A DNA stretch of 64,000 bases from Dehalococcoidia bacterium. GTDB lineage: Bacteria > Chloroflexota > Dehalococcoidia > Bin125. Location: positions 1 to 64,000 of the forward strand of contig CAXXNO010000012.1 of the NCBI GenBank assembly GCA_963663235.2, in the 5' to 3' direction. The notes beneath the pieces are model-generated. The model searched no databases, was not told the origin of the DNA, and was given only the letters and a program-made list of their open reading frames with translations. A program made the translations under genes and the position numbers. Of this stretch, positions 29,401-39,936 are shown piece after piece; position 1 is the stretch's first letter; every line of letters begins with the position of its first letter.

Positions 29401-30558
29401 CTACTCCCCAACGAGTTCGCGGCCAATTAAAAGCCGCCGGATCTCGCTCGTCCCCGCCCCGATCTCCAGCAGCTTCGCGTCCCGTAGGTACCGCGACACC
29501 CGCGTCTCGTTCATGTACCCGTAGCCCCCATGGATCTGCACCGCCTGGTCCGCCACCCGCGTGCACATCTCCGCCGCGAACAGGATCGCCGCCGCCGCTT
29601 CCTTGTTCACCCGCGGCCCCAGACCGTGCGCCGCGCTCTCCGCCACCGCCGCCGTCCGGTACACCAGCCACCGCGCCGCCTCGATCTCCGTGTACATGTC
29701 CGCCAGCTTCGCCTGGATCAGCTGGAAGTCGCCGATCCGCTGCCCGAACTGCCGACGCTGCCGCGCGTACTCGATGCTCGCCTCCAGCGCCGCCTCCGCG
29801 ATCCCGATCGACTCCCCCGCCAGGAACGTCCGCTCCACCGCCAGCCCCTGCATCATCACCGCCACCCCGCCGTTCTCCTCGCCCAGCAGGTTCTCCGCCG
29901 GCACCGTGCAGTCCTCCAGCACCAGCTCCGCCGTCGGCGATCCTCGATGCCCCACCTTGTCCAGCTTGCGGCTCACCGAGAACCCCGGGAACGACGTCTC
30001 CACGATGAACGCCGACATCCCGTGCGACCCCGCCTCCGGCCGCGTCTTCGCGTACAGCACCACCGTGTCCGCCACCGCGCCGTTGGTGATGAACATCTTG
30101 GTCCCGTTGAGCAGGTAGTGATCCCCCTCGCGCCGCGCCGACGTCTTGATCCCCACCGCGTCCGACCCCGCATCCGGCTCCGTCAACGCCAGAGCCCCCA
30201 CCGCTTGCCCGCTGCACAGCGCGGGCAGATAGCGACGCTTCTGCTCCTCGCTGCCGTTGCTGGCGATGTTGTTCGCGCACAGGTTGGCGTGCGCCCCGTA
30301 CGACAGCGCCACCGACGCGCTCACCTTCGCCAGCTCCTCGATCACCAGCACCCCGGAGAACAGGTCCGCCTCGGCCCCGCCGTAGCGCTCCGGCACCGTG
30401 ACCCCCAGCACCCCCAGCTCGCCCAGCATCGGCCACAGGTGCCCCGGCCACTTGTCCTCCCGGTCGATCGCGTCCGCGATCGGCCCGATCTCCCTGCGCG
30501 AAAAGTCGCGCACCGTGTCCCGCAGCAACCGCTGCGCCTCGTTCAGCTCAAAGTCCAT
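29401..30558 (-). CDS. ivd: Isovaleryl-CoA dehydrogenase-like acyl-CoA dehydrogenase
   Basis: SVALSYGAHANLC, GALALTEPDAGSD, LRDAKLLEIGAGTSEIRRLLIGREL. Confidence 0.88.
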   Translation of the reverse strand: MDFELNEAQRLLRDTVRDFSRREIGPIADAIDREDKWPGHLWPMLGELGVLGVTVPERYGGAEADLFSGVLVIEELAKVSASVALSYGAHANLCANNIASNGSEEQKRRYLPALCSGQAVGALALTEPDAGSDAVGIKTSARREGDHYLLNGTKMFITNGAVADTVVLYAKTRPEAGSHGMSAFIVETSFPGFSVSRKLDKVGHRGSPTAELVLEDCTVPAENLLGEENGGVAVMMQGLAVERTFLAGESIGIAEAALEASIEYARQRRQFGQRIGDFQLIQAKLADMYTEIEAARWLVYRTAAVAESAAHGLGPRVNKEAAAAILFAAEMCTRVADQAVQIHGGYGYMNETRVSRYLRDAKLLEIGAGTSEIRRLLIGRELVGE

Positions 30559-30653
30559 CGCGGCAACCGCCCTCCCGTGCACCCGCGGTCCCTTGCTCTG
30601 GCCCGATCCGATGCTAGCGCCCCTCGCCGACCATCCGTCGCGCACCCGCTAGC

Positions 30654-32460
30654 ATGACCCGCAACGATGCGCATCACGCCGAGCCACACCCCATGAGCGA
30701 CGACACGACCGCCGCCGGCCCCGCCACCGACGCCCCCCCTCCTCGACGCTGCCCGCCAGGGCTACGCCGTCCCGCACGACGCCCCGCCCCCTCCTCCCGA
30801 TGCCTGGGCGGGCCGCGCCCGCGTCCGCCTCTGGCAACGCGGCCGCATCGTTGCGACGGGCGTCGCGATCCCAGACAGCCCAGACGACACCCCCGTCGAC
30901 GCCGTCCGCGCCGCCGCCACCGCCGCGGCTCGCGCCCTCGCCGATCCGACGCCGCCCGACGCCGGCGCCGATACCGCCACCGATACCACCGCCGATACCG
31001 ACGACGACCCGCCCCTCCACTTCGAGATCGAGCTCGTCGACTCCATCGAGCGCATCGAGCCGGAGGGCCTCGCCGGCCTCCTGCAGAGCATCCGCCCGGC
31101 GGTCCACGGCCTCGTCCTGCACGACGACGACCGCGTGGTCGGCGGCTGGCCCAGCGACCCGATGCACGAGGGCCGGGGCGTCCCCGACTGGGTCAAGGGC
31201 CTGCTCAAGCAGGCGCGCCCGCCGGGCTACTGGCTGCCGTCCTCGCTGCGCGTCGAGCGCTTCACGACGCAGCGCCTCGCCGCCCCCGTCGCCCCACCCG
31301 ACCCCGAGCCCGACGCCGAACCCGATGCCGAACCCGACACCAAGTCGGATGTCCCCATCGCTTTCGTGGGCGACACCCGTCTGGTGCCGCTGGAGGACGT
31401 CACGAAAGAGACGCTGCGCCGGGCCGCCTCCTGGGCCGGCGCTTGGTTGGTCCGTCATCAGCGCTCCGACGGCCTCTTCGCCTATCAGTACGTCCCCCAC
31501 GTCGATGCCTGGTCGCCGACGGATTCGATCGTGCGTCAGGCGGGCTGCGCTTGGAGCCTGGTCACGCTCACCCGCGTCTCTGGGGAACGTCGCTTCGCCG
31601 CCGCCGCTCTCCGCGCCGTGAACGGCATCCTCTCCACGGGCCTCCGGCGCGACGGCCCGGGCGGCCTCTCCTACATCGCCGGCCCGGCCGGCGCTCGACG
31701 CCTGGGCGCCGTGCCCCTGCTCCTGCTCGCCCTGGACGAGATGGACGCGCCCACGCCCAGGCTCAAGCCCGTGGCCGATGAGCTCACCAAGACCATCCTG
31801 TCGATCCAGGAGCGTTCGGGCGCGTTCGGAACCAGCGCCCGCGGCTTGGAGTTTGAGGGCTCCGAGCGCTACATCGCCGGGCAATGCGCCTTGGCCCTGG
31901 CCAAACGTTACCGCGCCACCAATCGGCGGCGCCTCCGCGACGTCTGTGACAAGGCCCTGATCTACTACCGCGATTGGTGGGACGGCGGCAACGAGGACCT
32001 CTCCTTCCTCGCCTGGATGATCCAGGCCTGCGACGCCGCCGATGCTGCCGACGCCAACCCCCAGGCCGTCGACTTCGCCTTCACCATGGCCGACTGGGCG
32101 CTCCAGTCTCAGTTCGGGGAGGACCACCCCAACCCCGCCTGGGCCGGCGGCTACCGGGGCGGCCCCGGCATCGGCACGGCCGCCTACACCGAGGGCATGG
32201 TGAGCGCCCTCGCCATCGCCCGACGCCGCGGCGACGCCGACCGCGCCCGCCGCTACGAGCGCAGCGTCCGGCTCGCCATGCGCTTCCTTCTCCAGTTGCA
32301 GTTGGAGCCGCCCGACCTGATCTTCATCCCCGGTGAAGGCCATCGCGGCTCCGTGCGCCACACGCTCACCAGCCGCCTCCTCCGCTGCGACAACGCCCAG
32401 CACTTCCTCATGGCCGCCCTCCGCGCCGCCGCCCTCCTCGACGACGACGCCACCCCCTAG
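30654..32460 (+). CDS. Alpha/alpha-toroid protein (DG.F.Y.Y...RQAG..W.L family), apparent +1 frameshift in the C7 tract at 30733-30739
   Basis: The 31135..32460 frame is open back to about 30697 without a start codon; the ATG at 30654/30693 joins it if one C is removed. Confidence 0.6.
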
Positions 32461-32534
32461 CGCTGTGCACCAGCGAAGATTGCCGCCCGTTAGACTTCCT
32501 TCCCTCGAAGCATGTGGAATGGGGAGCGAGTGCC

Positions 32535-33335
32535 ATGCACAAGGAGCAGCGCCAGCGCGCGTTTGAAGCCGTCGAGAGAGCGACCGAGCTGCCGATGCTC
32601 GTGCTCGCACTGGCGATGATCCCGCTGATCGTCGTTCCGTTGGTAATGGACTTATCGAGCAGTGCGGATCAGGCGCTGTTCGCGGCCAACTGGTTCATCT
32701 GGGCGGCCTTCGCCGCCGAGCTCGTAGCGAAGACCTACTTGGCCCCTGATCGCCGCCGCTACTTGATCACCCACTGGTTTGACGTGCTGATCGTCGTGAT
32801 TCCCTTCCTGCGCCCGCTGCGCATCGTGCGCTCACTGCAGGCTCTGCGCCTCTTGCAGACCGTGAGACTCGTCGCCGTCCTATCGCGGTCGCTGGGTAGT
32901 ACCCGACGCCTCATGACGCAACACGGGCTCCAATACATGCTGCTGAGCGCGTTGGTTTTTGTAATCGGATCGGCGGGCGCAGTCGCGCTGCTCGAGCGAA
33001 GCGCCGGAGGAGAGATCGGGGGATTCGACAATGCGCTCTGGTGGGCCATCGTCACAGTGACGACGGTCGGCTACGGCGACACCGTGCCGACGACAACGGA
33101 GGCGCGAGCAATCGCCGCCATGCTGATGTTAGTCGGCGTCGGGCTCTTCGGGGTTCTCACGGCGAATATCGCCGCGTTCTTCGTGGAGTCACACGAGGAA
33201 GACGTGTCCGGTCCTGAGCTGGAATCGCTACGAGCCCAGCTGACCCGGATTGAGCACCAGCTCGCGAACTTGAACCGCACCATGCCGGCCAATACCGTCA
33301 CCGGTGGTCAGGAGGAGCAATCCGTTGACAGTTGA
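32535..33335 (+). CDS. Voltage-gated-type potassium channel
   Basis: S4 segment RPLRIVR..LRL; selectivity filter TTVGYGD. Confidence 0.92.
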   Translation: MHKEQRQRAFEAVERATELPMLVLALAMIPLIVVPLVMDLSSSADQALFAANWFIWAAFAAELVAKTYLAPDRRRYLITHWFDVLIVVIPFLRPLRIVRSLQALRLLQTVRLVAVLSRSLGSTRRLMTQHGLQYMLLSALVFVIGSAGAVALLERSAGGEIGGFDNALWWAIVTVTTVGYGDTVPTTTEARAIAAMLMLVGVGLFGVLTANIAAFFVESHEEDVSGPELESLRAQLTRIEHQLANLNRTMPANTVTGGQEEQSVDS

Positions 33336-33485
33336 GACCGCCTCGAACCATCGACGGCTTGAGCGAGCCCGCGGCCGAGACGGCCGTACTCCGCCGAGTG
33401 CCGTCGTGAGCCGCATCGACACCAGCGCCACACGGGCTCCGCAGCCGCAAGCGGCCGGTAACACGACAGCCACGCGATGCGGAAC

Positions 33486-34532
33486 ATGAAAACACGCGCC
33501 CTCACCATCACCGACGGCCAGCAACTCGCCCTCCGCGAGATGGACCTCTATCCCGAGCCTGGCGAAGTCCTCCTCAAAGTCCACGACTGCGGCATCTGCG
33601 GCTCCGACCTCCACGCCCTCAAGTTCCCGCACGTCTTCAGCTCCGGCCCCGGCTTCGTCCTCGGTCACGAGTTCAGCGGCGAGGTCGCGGAAATTACCCC
33701 CGAGGCCCGAGCCCTGACCGACTGCCGCCCCGGCGACCGCGTCGTCGCCCTCCCCTCCATCGGCTGCGGCGACTGCGCCGACTGCCTCGCCGGACTGGAG
33801 TGGCGCTGCGTCACCAAGCGTGGCGTCGGCCTCGGCTCCGTCCCCGGCGCTTTCGCCGACTACGTCCGCGCCGGACCGCGCCAGCTCTTCCGCATCCCGG
33901 ACGGACTCTCTTTCCGCCATGCCGCCCTCACGGAGCCGCTCGCCGTCGCGCTGCACGGCGTCCGTCGCGCCCGCCTGGCCCCCGGCGATCCCTGCCTGAT
34001 CATGGGCGCGGGCCTCATTGGCCTCTTCGCCCTCGTCTGGGCGCGACTGGCCGGCGCCGAGCCCATCGTCGTCTCCGACCCCGCCCCCACCCGACGCGAG
34101 CAGGCGCTCGCCCTGGGCGCGCACGACACCGTCGATCCTCAATCCAACGATCCCGGCGCCCGCATGCGCCAACTCGCCGGCGGACGCTGGCCGCGGGTGG
34201 TGCTGGAATGCGTGGGGACGCGGCCAACCTTGCAGGAGGCCATGCGCCTCGCCGCGCGCGGGGGCCGCGTTATCGTGCTCGGCATCTCCATGGAGCCCTA
34301 CGACCTCCAGCCCATGACCGCGCACGCGAAAGAGTTGGAGATACATTATGTGTTCGCTTATTCTCACGACGAATTCGCCGAGGCGCTGCAGGCCCTGGCC
34401 CGGGCCGCCATCCCCGCGGAAGACCTGATCACCGACGTCATCGCGCTCGACGCTGTCCCCGCCATGTTCGCCGCGCTCGCCCACCCGACCACGCAGGTCA
34501 AGGTGCTGGTGGAGCCCGCTCTGCGCGCTTGA
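33486..34532 (+). CDS. Zinc-dependent (MDR) alcohol dehydrogenase
   Basis: CGSDLH, GHEFSG, CGDCADC..C, GAGLIG. Confidence 0.93.
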   Translation: MKTRALTITDGQQLALREMDLYPEPGEVLLKVHDCGICGSDLHALKFPHVFSSGPGFVLGHEFSGEVAEITPEARALTDCRPGDRVVALPSIGCGDCADCLAGLEWRCVTKRGVGLGSVPGAFADYVRAGPRQLFRIPDGLSFRHAALTEPLAVALHGVRRARLAPGDPCLIMGAGLIGLFALVWARLAGAEPIVVSDPAPTRREQALALGAHDTVDPQSNDPGARMRQLAGGRWPRVVLECVGTRPTLQEAMRLAARGGRVIVLGISMEPYDLQPMTAHAKELEIHYVFAYSHDEFAEALQALARAAIPAEDLITDVIALDAVPAMFAALAHPTTQVKVLVEPALRA

Positions 34533-34572
34533 ACGCCCCTGCGATCCATTCCGGCAGCGGCTAGGATGGAAG

Positions 34573-35658
34573 GTGATGACCACCGCCGGGAAGCCAAACG
34601 CCGCGCGCAAACAGCCGCCCGTTCGCAAGCCACGCTCACCGCGCGGCAAGCAGGCGCAGCGGGCTGCGGAGATCCACCCGCAGTTCGACCTCTCCAATCA
34701 GGCGCTGGTCGATCTCTGGTACAAGATGGTGCTGGCCCGCCGCATCGCGGAGCGCTGGTTCATCTTGAACCGGCAGGGGCGCGCCCCCTTCGTGATCACC
34801 GGCCAGGGCCACGAGGCCACCCAGGTCGGGACCGCCGCCGCGCTCACCCCCGGCAAGGACTGGGCGGTGCCCTACTACCGCGACATCGGCGTCGTCCTGG
34901 TGCTGGGCATGACGCCCTACGAGCTGATGCTCAACGTCTTCGCCAAGGCGGACGACCCCAACAGCGGCGGACGCCAGATGCCCACGCACTGGAGCCACCG
35001 CGACCTGCGCATCGTCTCCGGCTCCAGCGTGGTTGCCACCCAGGTGCCCATCGCGGCGGGTGTCGCCTGGGCCGCCAAGCTGCGCGGCGAGGACAGCGTC
35101 ACGGTGGCGTACTTGGGCGAGGGCTCGACGAACCAGGGCGACTTCCATGAGGGACTGAACTTCGCCAGTGTGCAGCGCCTTCCCCTGATCGTGGTGGTGG
35201 AGAACAACGGCTACGCCATCACCGAGCAGCAGGAAAAGGAGATGGCCATCCAGGACGTCGCCGACCGCGCAGCCGCCTACGGCATTCCCGGTGTCGTGGT
35301 CGATGGCAACGACCTGCTGGAGGTCTATCGCACCATGCAGTGGGCGGTGCACCAGGCCCGCACCGGCCACGGCCCCACCTTGCTGGAGGCCAAGACCTAC
35401 CGCACGGTCCCCCACTCCTCTGACGACGACGACCGACGCTACCGCACCCGCGAGGAGCTGGAGCTCTGGCTCAAGCGCGATCCCATCGACCGCTTCCGCA
35501 AGCTCCTCATCGACGACGGCGTCCTCACCGACGAGCACGCCGAGCAACTGCTGAACGACGCCACGGAGGAGATCCGCGCCGCCCAGGCCCAGGCCGAGGA
35601 CCGGGCCGATCCCGACCCCGCCACCCTCCTCGACCATCTCTTCGGATCGCCCGCATGA
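34573..35658 (+). CDS. bkdA: Branched-chain 2-oxoacid dehydrogenase E1 alpha
   Basis: GGRQMPTH, GEGST...NN TPP motif, PHSSDDD. Confidence 0.9.
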   Translation: MMTTAGKPNAARKQPPVRKPRSPRGKQAQRAAEIHPQFDLSNQALVDLWYKMVLARRIAERWFILNRQGRAPFVITGQGHEATQVGTAAALTPGKDWAVPYYRDIGVVLVLGMTPYELMLNVFAKADDPNSGGRQMPTHWSHRDLRIVSGSSVVATQVPIAAGVAWAAKLRGEDSVTVAYLGEGSTNQGDFHEGLNFASVQRLPLIVVVENNGYAITEQQEKEMAIQDVADRAAAYGIPGVVVDGNDLLEVYRTMQWAVHQARTGHGPTLLEAKTYRTVPHSSDDDDRRYRTREELELWLKRDPIDRFRKLLIDDGVLTDEHAEQLLNDATEEIRAAQAQAEDRADPDPATLLDHLFGSPA

Positions 35659-36635
35659 CCGCCGTCTCCATCGCCGATGCCATCCGCTCCGCGCACCAGG
35701 AGATCATGCGCGCCGACGAACGGGTCATCCTGCTCGGTGAAGACGTCGAGACCGGCGGCGTCTTCCGCATCACCGAAGGCTTGCTCGATGAGTTCGGCCC
35801 CCAACGGGTCTTCGACACGCCGCTGGCGGAGTCCGGCTTCGTAGGCGCGGCTATCGGCGCCGCGCTCGCGGGGATGCGCCCAATCGTGGAGATCCAGTTC
35901 GTGGACTTCATTCTCCCGGCCATCAACCAGCTGATCTCCGAGGCCGCCAAGATGCGCTACCGCAGCATCGGCGAATGGTCGGTGCCCATGGTCGTGCGCT
36001 CCCCCTACGGCGGCGGCGTGCACGGCGGCCTCTACCACTCCCAGTGCTTCGAGGCGCTCTTCGCCCACGTCCCCGGCTTGAAAGTCGTGATGCCCGCCAC
36101 CCCCGCCGACGCCAAGGCGCTCCTGCACACCGCCGTAGCCGATCCCGACCCCGTGATCTTCCTGGAGCACAAGCGCTCCTACCGGCTCATCAAGGACGAG
36201 GTGCCGGAGCCGCTGCCGGAGGTGCCCATCGGCAAGGCGATCGTCCGCCGCGACGGTGACGACGTCGCCATCATCGCTACGGGCCTCATGGTCCACGAGA
36301 GCCTCGCCGCCGCCGAGCAACTGGCCGGCGAGGGAGTCGACTGCCTGGTGCTGGACTTGCGCTCCATCGCCCCGCTGGACCGTGATGCCATCATCGACGC
36401 GGTGCAGCGCACCGGCAAAGTGGTGATCACGCACGAGGATCACCTCACCGGCGGCATCGCCGGCGAGGTCGCGGCGATCATCGCCGCCGACGCCTTTGAG
36501 CACCTGGACGGCCCCATCAAGCGCGTGGCCGGGCCCGATGTCCCCGCCATGGGCTACCACCCCAACTTCGAGAAGGCCTTCATCCCCGACGCCGAGCGCA
36601 TCGCCGCCGCCGCGCGGGATCTCGCGGCCTACTGA
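35655..36635 (+). CDS. bkdB: 2-oxoacid dehydrogenase E1 beta
   Basis: GEDV..GGVFRIT, DTPLAE, EIQFVDF, HSQ. Confidence 0.92.
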   Translation: MTAVSIADAIRSAHQEIMRADERVILLGEDVETGGVFRITEGLLDEFGPQRVFDTPLAESGFVGAAIGAALAGMRPIVEIQFVDFILPAINQLISEAAKMRYRSIGEWSVPMVVRSPYGGGVHGGLYHSQCFEALFAHVPGLKVVMPATPADAKALLHTAVADPDPVIFLEHKRSYRLIKDEVPEPLPEVPIGKAIVRRDGDDVAIIATGLMVHESLAAAEQLAGEGVDCLVLDLRSIAPLDRDAIIDAVQRTGKVVITHEDHLTGGIAGEVAAIIAADAFEHLDGPIKRVAGPDVPAMGYHPNFEKAFIPDAERIAAAARDLAAY

Positions 36636-36643
36636 GCGCATCG

Positions 36644-37897
36644 ATGGCCACCCTCACCATGCCACAGTTGGGCGAGACCGTGACCGAAGGCACGGTGCTC
36701 CGATGGCTGAAGCAGCCCAACGACCACATCGACCTCGACGAGCCCTTGGTCGAGATCGACACCGAGAAGGTCAACGTCGAGATCCCCTCACCCTTCGCCG
36801 GCACGCTGGCCGCCATCCTCGTGCCCGAGGGCGAGACCGTGCCCGTGGGCACGCCGCTCGCCGAGATCGCCGGCGCTGAGGAAGCGGCCCCCGCGGCTCC
36901 CGCCCCCACCGCCAAACTGGCCCCCAAACCAGCCGCTCCTCCACCGCCGCAAGCGCCCCCAATCACTTCGAAAGCCGCCCCGAAAACCGCGCCAAAAACC
37001 GCTGTAAGGCCCGGCGGCGACCGGCCCCGTGTCCTCTCCCCCGTCGTCGCCCGCCTCGCCGCCGAGCACGGCATCGACCCGGCCACTCTCGCCGGCACCG
37101 GCGCAGGCGGTCGCGTGACCAAGAAAGACGTGCTGGCCGCCATCGAGACGGGTCCGGCCGCCGCGCCCGCCCCTGCTCCCGCAGCAGCGCAGAGAGCCGG
37201 CGACGTCGCGACTCCCCTCTCGCCCATGCGACGCGCCATCGCCGAGCACATGCTCCGCAGCAAGCGCAGCGCGCCCCACGCCTGGCTGGTGATCGAGACC
37301 GATGTCACCGGGCTGGTGCGCGCCCGTCAGGCGCTCAAAGATTCGTTCCGGGAGCGCGAGGGGGTGGACCTGAGCTACCTCGCCTTCGTCTCCAAGGTCG
37401 TCACCCAGGCCCTCCGCGACTTCCCTCCCATCAACTCCACCTGGGACGGCGACCAGCTCTACGAGCGCGGCGACGTCAACCTCGGCTTCGCCGTCGACGT
37501 GCCGGACGGGCTCATCGTCCCCGTGGTCAAGCAGGCCGACCGCATGAGCGTCGCCGCGCTGGCCCACGCCATCGCCGATGTCGCCGCGCGCGCCCGCGCC
37601 GGTCGCCTCAAGCTGGACGAGGTGCAAGGCGGTACGTTCACCATCGACAACACCGGCACCTTCGGCACCACGCTCTCCGCCCCCATCATCAACCAGCCCC
37701 AGGTCGCCATCCTCACCACCGAGGCGATCGTCAAACGGCCCGTGGTCGTGGACGACGACGCCATCGCCGTGCGCTCCATGCAGAACCTCTGCTGCTCCTT
37801 TGACCACCGCGCCCTGGACGGCGCCATCGCCGCCCGCTTCACCGCCCGCGTCAAGGCCCTCCTCGAAGCCATCGGCCCCGACACGGCGATCTACTAG
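36644..37897 (+). CDS. Dihydrolipoamide acyltransferase E2
   Basis: Lipoyl domain (DTEKV), E3-binding GTGAGGRVTKKD, FDHRALDG. Confidence 0.93.
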   Translation: MATLTMPQLGETVTEGTVLRWLKQPNDHIDLDEPLVEIDTEKVNVEIPSPFAGTLAAILVPEGETVPVGTPLAEIAGAEEAAPAAPAPTAKLAPKPAAPPPPQAPPITSKAAPKTAPKTAVRPGGDRPRVLSPVVARLAAEHGIDPATLAGTGAGGRVTKKDVLAAIETGPAAAPAPAPAAAQRAGDVATPLSPMRRAIAEHMLRSKRSAPHAWLVIETDVTGLVRARQALKDSFREREGVDLSYLAFVSKVVTQALRDFPPINSTWDGDQLYERGDVNLGFAVDVPDGLIVPVVKQADRMSVAALAHAIADVAARARAGRLKLDEVQGGTFTIDNTGTFGTTLSAPIINQPQVAILTTEAIVKRPVVVDDDAIAVRSMQNLCCSFDHRALDGAIAARFTARVKALLEAIGPDTAIY

Positions 37898-38400
37898 ACG
37901 GCCCGACCTAGCCCCAACTCCCCCACCCGACGACGCGCCACCGCCTCTACACTGCCCAGCTCCCGCCACGCCGCTCGCACCGCCGCGGCCGGCATCAGCA
38001 GCTCTGCGGCAAAGGCATCGCACAGCGCCTCTCGGCTCCGCGGGCCCAGCCCCTCACCGCACGCGCTCCCCGCGCCCTGGACCCCCAGCGCACATGCCCG
38101 ATCTCGTGCGCCAGCGTGAAGCGCGCCCGCGCGCGGGCGTCGCGCGCGTTGAGGAGCACCACCCATCGGCCCTCCACCAACGACACCACCCCCCGCACCC
38201 GCGCGTGCAACTCCTCCTCCAGCACCACTGCCTCGCGATGGTCCAGCCGGCGCAGGCACTCGATCAACGGGACGGGGGCCCGGCCGCCCGCGGCGGCGGC
38301 CAGCCGCCGCGCCAGGCGCTGCATGGAGAACCGCAGCTCCAGCCGTTCGGTTCGCTCAGCTCTCCGGGGGCGGCTCGCTCTGCCCCTCGGAGGGCTCACG
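37894..38400 (-). pseudogene. ImmA/IrrE-family metallopeptidase, frameshifted
   Basis: RFTLAHEIGH in one frame and EALCDAFAAELLMP in another. Confidence 0.75.
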
Positions 38401-38880
38401 CATAAGTCGGCGCGCCCGCTCGAACGCTTCGTCCAGGGAGGCGTGCGCCACGGCCCGCTCCGCCTCGCCCTCATATAAGAGTTTCCAGTCCTCCCGTGTG
38501 GCCGGGCGCAGGAGTCGACGCCGACGCTCCTCTTCATACGCGGGGTTGGTGAACCACTCAATGCTGCGCCCCAGGACGTCGGCGATCTGCTGCAGCGTGT
38601 GCGGATCGATCCCGCGCCGCCCCCGCTCGATATCCGACAGCCAGTTCTTCTGCCGCCCCACCCTCGCCGATAGCTGCTCCTGCGTCAGTCCCGCATGCAG
38701 GCGGCCCGCCCGCAGCCGTTTCCCCAACGCGGCGCGCTGCCGGGCAGCCTCGCCGCCCTCGGCTCCCCGTTCCGCCGCTCTCGATTCGCCCCGTGGGGGT
38801 TGGTCCACCACGCTGCCGTGACTCCAGTCGATCCTGCGCGCTTGTCGCACAGTCGTACATTCGCTATCATATACCCGCAC
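38356..38880 (-). CDS. XRE-family HTH regulator (start uncertain)
   Basis: LGKRLRAGR..AGLTQEQLS...WLSDIERGRR. Confidence 0.85.
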   Translation of the reverse strand: MRVYDSECTTVRQARRIDWSHGSVVDQPPRGESRAAERGAEGGEAARQRAALGKRLRAGRLHAGLTQEQLSARVGRQKNWLSDIERGRRGIDPHTLQQIADVLGRSIEWFTNPAYEEERRRRLLRPATREDWKLLYEGEAERAVAHASLDEAFERARRLMREPSEGQSEPPPES

Positions 38881-38982
38881 ATCGCGAACCGCAACCCCAC
38901 CGACTCACGGTGGCCCCGATCGAGAGGTCTCCGTGAGTCGTATCCCAGATCCAACAACCTTCCTCACCCACTCGGCGCCACC

Positions 38983-39936
38983 GGTTCTATCAGATCTCAG
39001 GGCTCGTCGGCGTAGCGTCGCCTCGTTCATGACGCAACGAGGAGACGCCGATGCACTGTCCGCACTGCCGCTCGACTGCGACGACCAAGCGCAGGCATCG
39101 CACGACGCTAGGCTACCAGCGATTCAACTGTCGCGCGTGTGGACGGCGCTTCAACGAGCGGACCGGCACGCCCTTCAACGATCTCCAGTACCCGACGGAC
39201 CTCGTGCTGCTCGCCGTGCTGTGGCGCCTGCGGTACAAGCTCAGCTTCCGGGACGTCGCCGAACTGCTCCTCGAGCGAGGCTACACGGTGACGCATGAGA
39301 CGATCCGCGATTGGGAGTTCCGCTTCGCGCCACTCCTGGCGGACCGGCTTCGCGCCAAGCGGCGCGGTCGCGCGGGCGTCTCCTGGTACATCGATGAGAC
39401 CTACGTGAAGGTCGCCGGGCGATGGTGCTACCTCTATCGCGCGATCGACCGGGAGGGCGCGCTGCTCGATTCGATGCTGAGCGCGCACCGCGACAAGCAC
39501 GCCGCGCGACGCTTCCTGCGGGGTCTCATACAGATCGCCGAACGGAAGCCCTTACGCATCACGACCGACGCGCATCCCGCGTATCGCAAGGCGATCCGGT
39601 GGATCGTCGGGCGGAAGGTGCGACATCGCTGCAATCAATACCTCAACAACTGGATTGAGCAGGATCACCGCGCCATCAAGCAGCGCTACTATCCGATGCG
39701 GGGCTTCGGGCGGTTCGCTTCCGCTGCCCAGTTCTGCGCGGCCTTCGATGCGCTGCGCCAGTACTTTCGCGTTCCGCCCCGGCCCGGACTACCGATCCCG
39801 TTGGCGACGCGGCGCCCGCTGTTCGTCGCCCGCTGGCGGTCCCTGATCCAGGAGATGCAGGTCGCCTAGGACACCATCAACGCTCGCCGGATCACCACGC
39901 ATCGTTGGCCCCGCTGCCCTCAGATCTGACAGAACC
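38983..39936 (+). mobile_element. IS6-family insertion sequence, copy 2 (954 bp)
   Basis: Near-identical to 9332-10285; three differences seen. Confidence 0.93.
39051..39869 (+). CDS. IS6-family transposase
   Basis: Protein identical to 9400..10218. Confidence 0.95.
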   Translation: MHCPHCRSTATTKRRHRTTLGYQRFNCRACGRRFNERTGTPFNDLQYPTDLVLLAVLWRLRYKLSFRDVAELLLERGYTVTHETIRDWEFRFAPLLADRLRAKRRGRAGVSWYIDETYVKVAGRWCYLYRAIDREGALLDSMLSAHRDKHAARRFLRGLIQIAERKPLRITTDAHPAYRKAIRWIVGRKVRHRCNQYLNNWIEQDHRAIKQRYYPMRGFGRFASAAQFCAAFDALRQYFRVPPRPGLPIPLATRRPLFVARWRSLIQEMQVA

